A stretch of 64,000 nucleotides of DNA from NCBI GenBank assembly GCA_964429225.1, contig CAYSAW010000006.1, positions 89,559 to 153,558 of the forward strand, written 5' to 3'. Origin of the DNA: an uncultured bacterium. Lineage in GTDB: Bacteria > Armatimonadota > DTGP01 > CAYSAW01. Numbering within the stretch: the first letter of the stretch is position 1; the number at the start of each line of letters is the position of its first letter. The position numbers were made by a program, and so were the translations under genes. Of this stretch, positions 55,399-64,000 are shown one piece after another. A model generated the notes under the pieces. It was given only the letters and a program-made list of their open reading frames with translations. It had not been told where the DNA came from and ran no database searches.

Positions 55399-56676
55399 GT
55401 GGAGCCTTTTATCATTCGCTGGGACTTTTCAGTCTGGAATGATCTGGAAACTAACCCATTCCAAGAGGTGACCTATATGTACCGTAAGTTTCTGGACCTA
55501 ACTCTTAAGACCTGGCATTGGTTGGATCGTGCTTGCAACGCCCTTTTCCCTCACAACTGGAACCCGATGTACTACCTGGGAGGCATAACCAACCTCTATA
55601 TGTGGGTGTGTATGATTTCAGGGGTGATACTTTTTCTCTATTACACTCCCAGTCTTACCGAAGCGTATAAAACGGTCCGATTTTTCACTGAAGAAGTGCC
55701 TTATGGTGTGGTAATGCGAGGGATCCATCGCTATGGTGCGGATGCAATGATGCTGTTCTTGCTCCTCCATATGTTCCGCACCTGGTTTACTTATCGTCAT
55801 AGCAAGTTCCGAATGGTGGCTTGGGTCTCCGGGGTTATCCTCTTTGCCCTAACCCTTTTGATTGGGGTAACTGGATATATTATGCCCTGGGACTTACGGG
55901 CGCGTTTCCTTAATGATGTTACAGTTTCGGCTTTCCACACCCTGGACACTTTGCCAGTTTTAGGAGCTTTGGGAGTAGGAGCTTGGCTAGGGAATTTCTT
56001 CCAGGGGGGATCGGTTATCAGCGACTTTACTTTAACTCGATTTCTCTTCTTCCACATCACCTTTGCAACAGCTTTGTTCTTCTTCCTTTGGATGCACTAT
56101 ATTCGGATCAATCGGCCCATTGTTTACCCTCCTGCTCTGCTTACCATTGGTTTGATTGGAGCAGTTTTGGTAGCTGCTGGGGCCTCCCCGGCTCTGCTCA
56201 GTGCAGAGGGGCCTCCTGCTCCAACAGGAGTTGAGCCGGTTTTACAGGTTTCTAATGTGCCGATGGATTGGTTCTTTCTCTTTGGTTACCACTTTATGTC
56301 GGTCATCCCACCGGTCGTGGTTTTAGGATTGTTTGTTCTCGTTTTCCTCGGTTTGTTCCTCGTTCCTTACTTCTTGAAAGAGGATTACCGAAACGTGGTT
56401 GTTGTTCATCCGGAGCTTTGTACAGGTTGTACCCTGTGTGCTGTGGATTGTCATGCGAATGCTATTATTATGGTGCCGATGCCGGGAAAGAAGCGGGGAC
56501 GCAACTTACTGGCTAAGGTGATTGCTCCTCGCTGTGCGGAGTGCGGTATTTGTGTGGGTTCCTGTGCTTTTGGGGCCATTGAGTTGCCTTTGCTACCCGA
56601 TAAGGTGATTGAAAACCGGATCTTTGCCGCCTTAGCTCCTTCAACGACTTCATCGGAGTCTCAAGTAAAAGCTTAG
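55399..56676 (+). CDS. Cytochrome b fused to C-terminal 2x[4Fe-4S] ferredoxin domain
   Basis: Cyt b core with both His pairs intact (HRYGADAMMLFLLLH and HITFATALFFFLWMH, each H-x13-H) and PWD in place of PEWY. The C-terminal 90 aa carry CTGCTLCAVDCHANAI and CAECGICVGSCAFGAI, two CxxCxxCxxxC clusters. Confidence 0.8.
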   Translation: MEPFIIRWDFSVWNDLETNPFQEVTYMYRKFLDLTLKTWHWLDRACNALFPHNWNPMYYLGGITNLYMWVCMISGVILFLYYTPSLTEAYKTVRFFTEEVPYGVVMRGIHRYGADAMMLFLLLHMFRTWFTYRHSKFRMVAWVSGVILFALTLLIGVTGYIMPWDLRARFLNDVTVSAFHTLDTLPVLGALGVGAWLGNFFQGGSVISDFTLTRFLFFHITFATALFFFLWMHYIRINRPIVYPPALLTIGLIGAVLVAAGASPALLSAEGPPAPTGVEPVLQVSNVPMDWFFLFGYHFMSVIPPVVVLGLFVLVFLGLFLVPYFLKEDYRNVVVVHPELCTGCTLCAVDCHANAIIMVPMPGKKRGRNLLAKVIAPRCAECGICVGSCAFGAIELPLLPDKVIENRIFAALAPSTTSSESQVKA

Positions 56677-56739
56677 AAGAGAGGCGATAGGTTGTTAGCA
56701 TAGCTTCAAAAGAATTTCTGACTTTAGGATGAGGAGAAG

Positions 56740-57180
56740 ATGGCTGAGGAACCTCGGATTATAGGCTTTGTCTGTGATTGGGCTGTCTCCACGGAGGGCG
56801 AGCTCGACGAGAACAACAACCTCAAGGCTTTGCCTCACGTTAACATTATTAAGGTACCCTGTTCCGGTTACGTGAAGAGCGAGTGGCTGGAACTAGCCTT
56901 AAGAAGCGGTGCTAAGGGAGTTTTCGTCGTCGGTTGCCCTATTATCGACTGCCACTACCGGGAGGGGAATAAGTGGGTTCGAGACCGGGTTCGGATGATT
57001 CGTCCTCCGAAGCTGAACCCACGCCGAGGAGGAGATCCCAACCGGGTGAGATGTTTCTTCCGGCAGTTGATTGAAACTTCCTCGCTTATCGAGGATTTGA
57101 AACAGTTTACCGAGGAGCTGAAGGAATACGAGGCGAGTCTTGTTCGGAATTCAGCTCCTGCACAGCCAGCACAAAAATAG
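56740..57180 (+). CDS. MvhD/FlpD-like iron-sulfur protein (methyl-viologen-reducing hydrogenase delta-subunit family)
   Basis: IIGFVCDWAV…VPCSGYV…VVGCPIIDCHYREGN matches the Cys pattern of MvhD-family [2Fe-2S] proteins. Confidence 0.65.
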   Translation: MAEEPRIIGFVCDWAVSTEGELDENNNLKALPHVNIIKVPCSGYVKSEWLELALRSGAKGVFVVGCPIIDCHYREGNKWVRDRVRMIRPPKLNPRRGGDPNRVRCFFRQLIETSSLIEDLKQFTEELKEYEASLVRNSAPAQPAQK

Positions 57181-57501
57181 CTCCTAAGCCTTTCCTCCGG
57201 GGGTTCAAAGAAGAGGAGGGTGTACCCCAAGGAGTAGAGATGTTTTGATTTTATTTTTTATCCCTTCTCCGCCGAGGGAAGGAGCCTGTAGGGAACCCAA
57301 AATAGGAGGCCCTATAGGCTATTATTTTTAAGATATAGATTTTTCCTCCCCCTTCCCCTTATACTAGTTGGTGAAGTTGTATCTCCAATCTTCCCTCGAG
57401 AAAGGAGGTTAAAGAGCGGGATCCCTCAGACTTGCCCTTACTTCAACCCTGAAGTTTCTTCCTCGATACTCTTAGAAAAGAGGGGTTTCCGCAATTAAGA
57501 A

Positions 57502-58266
57502 ATGCGGTTAAAGGACAAAGTGGCGGTTATCACAGGAGCAGCCTCAGGCATTGGAGAGGCGACAGCCCATCTTTTTGTGGAGGAAGGAGCGAAGGTCATT
57601 ATCGCGGATATAGACCGGGAGGGAGGAGAGCGAGTCACAAGAGACCTTCAGGAAAAGGGGGGCGAATCTGCCTTTATTCCTGTAGATGTTTCTAAAGAAG
57701 AGGAAGCCCTTCGTTTAGGCCCTTTTGCTATGGAGCGTTTTGGTGCTGTCCATATCTTGGTGAACAATGCTGGGGTGCGAGTATATGGCCCGATTACCGA
57801 AGCCTCGGAGGAATCCTGGGATTATATTCTTGGAGTAAACCTAAAAGGGGTTGCCTTCTGTTGTAAAAGTGTCATTCCCTTTATGGCTCAGTCGGGAGGG
57901 GGTTCTATTGTGAACATCTCCTCGGCGAATGCCCTAGTAGGCCGTGGAGGGATGGGTCAGTACGATGCGACCAAAGCAGGGATCTTAGCTTTGACGCGCT
58001 CCTTGGCTTGCGATCACGCCCATCAAAACATTCGAGTGAATGCCCTTTGCCCCGGCCCGACTATCACTCAGTATCACCTCCGGCGGGCTGCCGAGAAGGG
58101 GATTTCTGAGGAAGAACTGCGTCGGCGGGGAGCTCCTTATGTGTTGTTGAAGCGTCAGGCTGAACCTCGGGAAATTGCCTATGGAATCCTTTTTCTCGCC
58201 TCTGATGAATCCTCTTACGTAACAGGAACGGTGTTAATGGTGGATGGGGGCTATAGCGCTATTTAG
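57502..58266 (+). CDS. Short-chain dehydrogenase/reductase (SDR) family oxidoreductase
   Basis: TGAASGIGEA, NNAG and catalytic S…YxxxK (YDATKAG). Confidence 0.85.
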   Translation: MRLKDKVAVITGAASGIGEATAHLFVEEGAKVIIADIDREGGERVTRDLQEKGGESAFIPVDVSKEEEALRLGPFAMERFGAVHILVNNAGVRVYGPITEASEESWDYILGVNLKGVAFCCKSVIPFMAQSGGGSIVNISSANALVGRGGMGQYDATKAGILALTRSLACDHAHQNIRVNALCPGPTITQYHLRRAAEKGISEEELRRRGAPYVLLKRQAEPREIAYGILFLASDESSYVTGTVLMVDGGYSAI

Positions 58267-58316
58267 AGGGAGGGCCTGGGGAGAAGGATGTTGAATTGCT
58301 TTTGTAGGAAGAGCCT

Positions 58317-58865
58317 ATGCTTTACCCTCAGGTATCCTTCGGGTTCTATCCCAGACAAAGCCAGAGGAGCAAGCTTCTGATCCTCGGTCTCCTTTTAGTT
58401 TTAGGTTTTGGGCTGTGCCAGGGATTTTGGGCTCCTCGAAAGAGCTTCAAACCGGCCCTAGAAAATCGCCTTGTTCTCCGAAGATTATGTGCTCGGAATC
58501 TCCTGATGATCTACCAGGCTCTTCAGGAATATCGCTTAGAGTATGGCGATTATCCTCAGTCCCTTCGGAGGCTTACCCCCCGTTTCCTCACTCCTCAACA
58601 GATTCTTTGTCCTGCTGACCTGGGTGCAACAGGCAAGCGGCTTTCGAATGGCTCCTATTTTTATCCCGCAGGACCTGGGAATCGGGCCTTAATCCTGCCT
58701 TACAACCGTCGGGTTCGAGAGGCGCTTCGCCATCAGCCGGGAGCTCAGCAGGAGCAGGTCTTAGTTTATTGTCCATGGCATTGGGATGCTCGTCCTGGTT
58801 ACTCTGTTGATTACCTTTTAGTGGTTACTGCCTCGGGCAAGGTGTGGGAGATTGAGTCTTACTAA
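58317..58865 (+). CDS. Hypothetical N-terminally anchored protein
   Basis: N-terminal TM (LLILGLLLVLGFGLC). No recognisable domain. Confidence 0.4.
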   Translation: MLYPQVSFGFYPRQSQRSKLLILGLLLVLGFGLCQGFWAPRKSFKPALENRLVLRRLCARNLLMIYQALQEYRLEYGDYPQSLRRLTPRFLTPQQILCPADLGATGKRLSNGSYFYPAGPGNRALILPYNRRVREALRHQPGAQQEQVLVYCPWHWDARPGYSVDYLLVVTASGKVWEIESY

Positions 58866-58875
58866 GTCCCTAATC

Positions 58876-59583
58876 CTACATTTTTTCCAGCATCTTCTTC
58901 ATCTGCTCGACTTGCTTGCGAACTCTTTGGGCCTGCTCATCATTGGGAGCTACTTTAAGATATTCCTCCCAAGCCTTAATCGAACCGGGAATGTCTCCCA
59001 AGTCGGAGTGAAGGACGACGCCGATGTTATAACGGCTTTGGGGATGTTGGGGGTCTAAAGCGGCCGCCGTGCGAAATTCTCTCAGAGCGTCTTGGAAACG
59101 CCCCAGTTTTCGGTACATAATCCCTAAGTCGGTGCGGACATCCGGGTCTTTGGGGTTAATTTTCAGAGCTTTTTCATAAGCGGCTACTGCCAGCAGAGCG
59201 TGACCTGCATCGAATTGTTGATTCCCAATTTGCACTAGCTCTTCGTAGTTGTTGGATTCTTCGATCCGCTTGCGAATAGCTGGATCATCAAAGAAGGTAG
59301 CGCTATTATCGCTCTGGTTCGATGGGCTAGGGGAGGGATTAGAGGATTGAGAAGAGGCAGAATCGATGGGGGGATGCCCCGGTGGTAAACCTGGGAGAGA
59401 AGAAGTTGCCGTCTGGGATTTAGAAGAGGTGTGAGGACCAAGGATAAAGGCTCCAACGAAAAGCCCGGCAAGAAAAGTGATCAGGAGCATCACAATAACG
59501 TTCCACAAATTCAACCAGGCCGGTTGATGGGGAGGAGAACTTGCCCCTTTGACTTTGGGAGTTGAGGTACCTGTTGGTGCCAT
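58876..59583 (-). CDS. TPR-repeat protein with N-terminal TM anchor and Ser/Pro-rich linker
   Basis: TM LNLWNVIVMLLITFLAGLFVGAFIL. TPR-like repeats (AVAAYEKALKINPKDPDVRTDLGIMYRKLGRFQDALREFRTAAALDPQHPQSRYNIGVV). Confidence 0.6.
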   Translation of the reverse strand: MAPTGTSTPKVKGASSPPHQPAWLNLWNVIVMLLITFLAGLFVGAFILGPHTSSKSQTATSSLPGLPPGHPPIDSASSQSSNPSPSPSNQSDNSATFFDDPAIRKRIEESNNYEELVQIGNQQFDAGHALLAVAAYEKALKINPKDPDVRTDLGIMYRKLGRFQDALREFRTAAALDPQHPQSRYNIGVVLHSDLGDIPGSIKAWEEYLKVAPNDEQAQRVRKQVEQMKKMLEKM

Positions 59584-59849
59584 TTATACCTCCAGAGGGT
59601 TGAGATATTCTGCCGATTCTATTGTACTCTTCTCAGAGATCCGTTAGAAAGGAGAACGGTTGTCCCCTTTCGGCCCCTACCAAAGGTCTATCCTCCCAAT
59701 GGGCGTTTAGAAAAAGGGTTTGCTCGCCCACTGATGACCAATTATCCTCTTCCTTGTCCTATTCCCCTCTAGGTGGAGGAGTATTAAGTTATCCCCTTCG
59801 TTCCTCGGCTGGGAAAAAGAAAAAGAAGAGTTTGCTATAATGGTAATGA

Positions 59850-60764
59850 ATGAAGAGAGGCGAAAGTCTGCACCTTACTGGTTTGGAGGAGTCAATGCCG
59901 GAAATTGCTTTGCTTACCGAAGAACAGGCTCAAGGAAAGACGAAAGAGATTTTTAACGATATAAAAGATACGCTGGGCACCCCTTTAATCCACCCCTTTT
60001 TCAATATCCTCGCTCCTTTTGAACCCTATTTCCAAAAGGCTTGGGAGCAGTTAAAACCGAACATCACCAGTCCTTATTTCGAGACCTTCTCCTCTCAAGT
60101 GCGATTTCAGCTGGAGGATGGGATCAAAGGCAACTTCTTTATGCCGGACCATATCATTAACTTGGTTCGGATGGGGTTGCAGGACTATAAGAAGGAGGTT
60201 CAGAGAATCGTCGGTTTTTTTTACTACCAGGATGCTAACTTGATCATCCTCTCGGCTTGCTTAAATTCCGCTTGGGTGGGTTCGATCATAGGAGGCTCGG
60301 TTCCTTCGCCCAGAGGGCGGTATTCCCCTCCGGAAATCTACCGGATTTTACGCAGGATGGAGATCCCTTTAATCAGTGAGGAGGAGATAGCAACCCAAGA
60401 GAAGATTGGATCGATTTTTACGGATATTCAGGCGACTTTGGGCACTTTATATCTTCCTCCCGATTTCCGAGCACTCGCCTGCTGGCCAGCCTATCTAGAA
60501 TACGCCTGGACCAAGACAAAACCTTATCTTACCCACCGAAAGTTTGCCCCTTTAAAGCAGAAGGTGAAAGACTTCTTATCCCAAGGGATTCGGGATCTGC
60601 CTTACTCTATTCGGCTGTCCGAGGAAGGAGTCAAAGCTTTAGGCGTTTCCCAAGAACAAACAGAGCAGTTAAAGAGACTTCTTGACCACCTCCACGAGGG
60701 AATGGTTTCCACCGCTTTGGCTTTAGCTTGTCTCAAAGTGGGATTATCTATCAAGGGGATTTGA
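59850..60764 (+). CDS. Hypothetical protein with internal tandem duplication; DehI-like (alpha-helical haloacid dehalogenase) or CMD-like fold candidate
   Basis: Two homologous halves: IALLTEEQAQGKTKEIFNDIKDTLGTPLIHPFFNILAPFEPYFQKAWEQLKP and IPLISEEEIATQEKIGSIFTDIQATLGTLYLPPDFRALACWPAYLEYAWTKTKP. The start may be the internal MPEIALL at 59895. Confidence 0.4.
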   Translation: MKRGESLHLTGLEESMPEIALLTEEQAQGKTKEIFNDIKDTLGTPLIHPFFNILAPFEPYFQKAWEQLKPNITSPYFETFSSQVRFQLEDGIKGNFFMPDHIINLVRMGLQDYKKEVQRIVGFFYYQDANLIILSACLNSAWVGSIIGGSVPSPRGRYSPPEIYRILRRMEIPLISEEEIATQEKIGSIFTDIQATLGTLYLPPDFRALACWPAYLEYAWTKTKPYLTHRKFAPLKQKVKDFLSQGIRDLPYSIRLSEEGVKALGVSQEQTEQLKRLLDHLHEGMVSTALALACLKVGLSIKGI

Positions 60765-60993
60765 GGGGGAATCCTTTGATAAGGGTACCTCGGTTGGAGG
60801 CCTCCTGATGGTGGGTTCCCCGGGCGTTTTGTGGGGAGGACGAACTCAGTTGACTTCCCCTGTTTCAACCCTTATGATGAAAGTGAGGTAGCCCCCTTAG
60901 GGGGAGGAGTTTTTGTCATCTCTCAGTAGTTGCTTTTTTATTAATCAAGGGAAAAAGGGTCGATTCTAAAAAGGTTGGGAGGAGGGTACGCTT

Positions 60994-63504
60994 TTGCGAC
61001 TCCGTTATACTCATTGGGCTGGAATTATCGCCCTTTTAGTTTTGGTGTGTGGTTATATTATTTATGATAACCACCGTTTTCCTGTACGCCAGGGCCTCGA
61101 TTTAGCTGGTGGGGTTCGGGTGGTATTAAAGTTAAAGCCTGAACCGGGCCAGAGGGTAACCCCCGGTATTCTAGAGGAAGTCGTCAAAGTCGTTCGCAAC
61201 CGGGTGGATACTTTAGGAGTGGCCGAACCCTATATCCAACCGAAGGGGGGGGACCAGGTTGTTGTGGAGCTGGCGGAGAGCGTTAAAGAGAAGGGCCAAC
61301 CCCTGGACAAACGCCATGCGGTGGAGGTTTTAAGGAAAACCGCCAAGCTCGAGTTTATTTACCTACGAGAGGTCAAGAGTGACAAAAACCCCTTTGGGAG
61401 ATACGAGCACAGAGGAGGAAATACTTTTATTGACCGGCAAACAGGACGCACCTTAACCGATGAGGAGGTTAGGAGACTGATTCTTTATGCCCGTCCGAAG
61501 CCTTATCCCGAAGGGGATATTGTTCTGACGGGTAAAGACCTGGTGCCGGGGAAGGCTCAGGCTAACATCAATCCCCAAACCCAAGAGGTAGAAACCCTCC
61601 TGCAATTGAATAGCGAGGGGAGAGATAAATTTGCCCGCTTTACTCGCGAGCATGTCAAGGATTTGGTAGCCATTGTTTATGATGGTAAGGTCCAGTCCGC
61701 TCCGGTCATTCAGGAGCCGATTGAAGAGGGGAATGTCCGGATCACTCATGGAGCGGGAGCGACCCTAAAAGACGCTATCGAGCAGGCGAATTTGTTGAAT
61801 GCAGGTGCATTGCCTGTTCCTCTGGAGGTCGACTCCATTACCTTGGTTGAGGCTACTTTAGGCGCAGACTCCGTCCGAAGTGCTAAGATTGCTGGTTTAG
61901 TGGGCCTTGGGGCGGTAGTCCTCTTTATGGCGGTTTACTACCTCCTCCCTGGTATTTTGGCGGATATTGCCCTCTTTATTTATGCCCTCCTCACCTTTGC
62001 GGTATTTAAGATTATAGGGGTTACCCTCACCCTGCCGGGCATTGCTGGTTTTATTCTCTCCATTGGTATGGCGGTAGACGCCAATATTCTGATCTTTGAG
62101 CGGCTGAAGGAGGAATTAAAGGCGGGGAAGAGTTTACACGCGGCTATTGATGCAGGGTTTGCTCGGGCCTTTACCTCCATTTTCGACTCGAATATGACCA
62201 CCCTGATCACCTGCGCGGTTTTAGGGTATTTTGGTCACGGCCCTATTCGAGGGTTTGCCATTACCTTGGCCATTGGTGTTTTGGCCAGTATGTTCACCGC
62301 GATTACCGTAACCCGAACTTTCCTCCACTTAGTAGTTAATCGCCCTGCTTTCCAAAAGCCCTCTTTATTTGGTGTCACTCGGGGATGGCTGATGCGGGCG
62401 GACCGGCCGCGTTTAGACATTGTTCGCACCCGGAATTTCTGGTTTGCTTTCAGTGGGATCTTAATCCTGATAGGGCTGGTTTTCATCCTGATGGGGGGTC
62501 TTAAACCGGGCATTGATTTCACAGGTGGAGCGCTTCTGCAATATCGCTTGAATAAGCGGGTTAACGCCGGGCAAATTCGCTCTGCTCTCGAAAAAGTGGG
62601 GATTAAAGATCCCTCTGTTACTCTATCTCAAGAGCCTGGGAAGAAGGAGTGGAATGCTTTCGTCCGAACTAAAAGGTTAGATGAAAATCAGCAAGCCCGA
62701 GCTCGCGAGGCCTTGAAAAGCCTTGGCGGTCAGCTCCTCAGCTTTGATCAAGTGGGGCCAGCCATTAGTCGGGAGCTGACTCGGAACGCTTTCCTCTCAG
62801 TCCTTCTGGCTTGTGTGCTCATCACTATCTACCTCTCCTTCCGGTTCGCCCCAGGTGGGTTTGTCACAGGGTTAAAGTATGGAGTGTGTGCGGTTATCGC
62901 TTTAGTTCACGATGCTTTAGTCACTTTAGGCTTTATGGCCCTAATGGGGTTGTTGCGGGGTTGGGAAGTAGATAGCCTTTTCGTTACAGCGGTCTTAACC
63001 GTTATCGGTTTCTCCGTCCACGATACGATTGTCATTTTTGACCGGATCCGGGAAAACTATAAGAACCGTTCTCGGGAGGATACCTTTGAAGATATAGTGA
63101 ACCGGAGTATCAATCAAACTTTAGCACGTTCTATCAACACCTCTTTGACCGTTGTTCTCACCCTCTTAGCCCTTCTGATCTTTGGGGGGCCGGTCATTCG
63201 GGCTTTCGTCTCTGCAATGCTGGTTGGCGTTATTTCGGGAACTTACTCCTCCATCTTCAACGCCAGCCCTTTAGTCCTGGTTTGGAATGCTCTTGCTGAA
63301 AAGCGAAGGATTATTGTAACTGCACCTCGTCCTGCGGTTCGACCTTTGCCTTCCACTCCTAGGACTTCTTCTACTCCTTCTTCAACGGATGGGCAGAAGA
63401 CAAAGGAACCAGTGGCAACAGGAACAGTGAAGACCGCTGGTTCCAAACCGCGCCCGGCAAAAAGCTCGCAGAAATCGAAGCCCAAGCGGAAGCGCCGCTA
63501 TTAA
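60994..63504 (+). CDS. secDF: Protein translocase subunit SecDF (fused SecD-SecF)
   Basis: The 836-aa ORF has an N-terminal TM, a large periplasmic domain, then two six-TM bundles with the SecD/SecF motifs GLDLAGGVRVVL, LTLPGIAGFILSIGMAVDANILIFERLKEE and VIGFSVHDTIVIFDRIREN. TTG start with GGGAGGAGGG SD. Lys/Pro-rich C-terminal tail. Confidence 0.9.
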   Translation: MRLRYTHWAGIIALLVLVCGYIIYDNHRFPVRQGLDLAGGVRVVLKLKPEPGQRVTPGILEEVVKVVRNRVDTLGVAEPYIQPKGGDQVVVELAESVKEKGQPLDKRHAVEVLRKTAKLEFIYLREVKSDKNPFGRYEHRGGNTFIDRQTGRTLTDEEVRRLILYARPKPYPEGDIVLTGKDLVPGKAQANINPQTQEVETLLQLNSEGRDKFARFTREHVKDLVAIVYDGKVQSAPVIQEPIEEGNVRITHGAGATLKDAIEQANLLNAGALPVPLEVDSITLVEATLGADSVRSAKIAGLVGLGAVVLFMAVYYLLPGILADIALFIYALLTFAVFKIIGVTLTLPGIAGFILSIGMAVDANILIFERLKEELKAGKSLHAAIDAGFARAFTSIFDSNMTTLITCAVLGYFGHGPIRGFAITLAIGVLASMFTAITVTRTFLHLVVNRPAFQKPSLFGVTRGWLMRADRPRLDIVRTRNFWFAFSGILILIGLVFILMGGLKPGIDFTGGALLQYRLNKRVNAGQIRSALEKVGIKDPSVTLSQEPGKKEWNAFVRTKRLDENQQARAREALKSLGGQLLSFDQVGPAISRELTRNAFLSVLLACVLITIYLSFRFAPGGFVTGLKYGVCAVIALVHDALVTLGFMALMGLLRGWEVDSLFVTAVLTVIGFSVHDTIVIFDRIRENYKNRSREDTFEDIVNRSINQTLARSINTSLTVVLTLLALLIFGGPVIRAFVSAMLVGVISGTYSSIFNASPLVLVWNALAEKRRIIVTAPRPAVRPLPSTPRTSSTPSSTDGQKTKEPVATGTVKTAGSKPRPAKSSQKSKPKRKRRY

Positions 63505-63678
63505 GGTTTTTGAAGTAGGAGCTGGGGTGGATAACCCTTCCCCTGAGACCGAAAATATTAAAGGAGATTTCGGAAATCTTTTGGGGAAACCCAGAGCCTC
63601 CGGGTATTGGGGAGAGAGCAGGGATGTCAGCGGGGGTTTTCCTTTACGAGTCTTTTGGGTATAATAATAATGCCCTGT

Positions 63679-64000
63679 GGGGGCGATGGGTCTCGACAGG
63701 GAGCTGTTTGGCAGGAGTGGCAGGCCGAGGTGCCGAAGGCCTCGTAAAAATCGGCAACCGATAAGTGCCAACAATTACGGCTACGCTCTCGCTGCCTAAT
63801 TAAAGAGCAGCGCGTCCGCGCGGACCCTGGCCGGGGGAGCCAAAGCGGGCGTGTCTAAACCGGCCTCCTCATCCCTAATAGCCCACGTTGGGGATGGGCA
63901 GAAAAGAGTGGGCTAGCTCCGGCGGATCCTGCTCGTGGGAGCCAAAGGAGCAAAGTTCAAAACACGAGCTAAGCCTGTAGAAGCTTCTGCGGGACGCTCT
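63679..64000 (+). ncRNA. ssrA: tmRNA (ssrA), 5' portion; continues past window end
   Basis: The 5' GGGGGCGA acceptor-stem start and GGCCUCGUAAAAA element match tmRNA. The resume-codon context AUAAGU|GCC sets a tag ORF at 63767-63796: GCC AAC AAT TAC GGC TAC GCT CTC GCT GCC TAA, encoding ANNYGYALAA with the canonical ALAA end. A TATAAT -10 lies at 63660-63665. Confidence 0.85.

Noticed and set aside
59622-59840. 72-aa ORF in the TPR/DehI-like divergent intergenic region
   Set aside because: It is short, low-complexity, and sits in a probable bidirectional promoter region.
1-64000. CRISPR arrays, IS elements, prophage or integrase genes
   Set aside because: I scanned the intergenic regions and ORF translations. 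I found no regularly spaced direct repeats, no DDE/serine/tyrosine recombinase motifs, and no phage structural proteins.

Overview
This 64-kb window is bacterial chromosomal DNA of about 55% GC with dense coding on both strands. I found no rRNA, tRNA, CRISPR array, transposase or integrase. A prepilin-type DUF1559 (H-X9-DG) protein suggests a PVC or Armatimonadetes-like lineage, but this cannot be verified without a search.

Housekeeping genes: nrdJ (class II RNR), hflX, purA, dapF, a secDF fusion, and a partial tmRNA (ssrA) gene at the 3' edge encoding the proteolysis tag ANNYGYALAA.

Notable modules:
1. An exported proteolysis locus (5.4-13.7 kb): an M16 peptidase pair, a 1562-aa M28-like/FtsX-like permease fusion, and a DUF4412-like secreted protein.
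2. A McrBC-like type IV restriction pair (17.1-20.2 kb) directly after the DUF1559 pilin-like gene.
3. A D-amino-acid catabolic cluster (22.9-27.9 kb): RidA, D-aminoacylase and a DSD1-like PLP enzyme, with an embedded GT2/YdjC pair.
4. An orphan XdhC/MocA molybdoenzyme maturation pair with a regulator (30.9-33.5 kb).
5. An NfeD-stomatin operon followed by a zinc-ribbon membrane protein (38.9-41.4 kb).
6. A 12-gene respiratory operon (48.4-57.2 kb), the most unusual feature. It couples a cbb3-type oxidase (CcoN, a CcoO-cytochrome c fusion, a CcoQ-like protein) to a diheme cytochrome c lipoprotein, a TAT Rieske protein and a cytochrome b. A second cytochrome b is fused to a 2x[4Fe-4S] ferredoxin domain and is followed by an MvhD-like iron-sulfur protein.

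All family assignments are from motif reading of the supplied translations; no database search was run.
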